From the NCBI GenBank assembly GCA_010093745.1, contig MU005967.1:310001-371649 (forward strand): a stretch of 61,649 nt of DNA, given 5' to 3'. The position numbers were made by a program, and so were the translations under genes. Within the stretch, counting starts at the first letter, position 1. Each line of letters starts with the position of its first letter. This stretch comes from Piedraia hortae CBS 480.64 (lineage: Eukaryota). Shown here piece after piece: positions 61,499 through 61,649 of the stretch. Below the pieces are notes generated by a model, which did not search any database, was not told the origin of the DNA, and saw only the letters and a list, made by a program, of their open reading frames with translations.

Positions 61499-61649
61499 TT
61501 TTGATGGACTTGTCGAGGCGAAATTTGAACAGGGTAATGAGATGGTCCCGATGCAGGTTAGGAAAAAAGTTGAGATGATTCTAGTGGTTGGATGGCGATA
61601 TAGGCAGGCAGTGGTTGGGGGTAGGGAGAGTAGTGGTGGGGGGATAGGG

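Overview
Eukaryotic DNA from a filamentous ascomycete with a compact, intron-poor genome. The GT..CT(A/G)AC..AG introns are nearly all 43-55 nt and many intergenic gaps are under 250 bp. The left ~9.5 kb is accessory: a decayed ~3 kb pogo/Fot1-type DDE transposon with long (~420 bp) degenerate inverted termini, an intronless GT2 glycosyltransferase and a hAT transposase relic. From 9.5 to 61.1 kb is a dense run of mostly housekeeping genes: ATG26, PEP4, SAM synthetase, a free-standing pseudo-ACP/thioesterase, a small orphan ORF, a Trf4/Cid-like nucleotidyltransferase, NDUFS8, TPS2, PA2G4/Cdb4-like, a double-PHD protein, SNF5, VPS74, ACP1, a conserved hypothetical, RRP14, REV1, FPR4-like, PRI1, NMA111, pyroglutamyl peptidase, SUA5, HEM14, a patatin-like protein and CYR1. 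The right end carries a repeat cluster resembling a transposon terminus. The most unusual items are the PKS-derived ACP-TE didomain whose ACP lacks the phosphopantetheine serine, two apparent pseudo-enzymes and the IR/DR-like transposon ends. All calls come from reading motifs by eye; no database searches were run.
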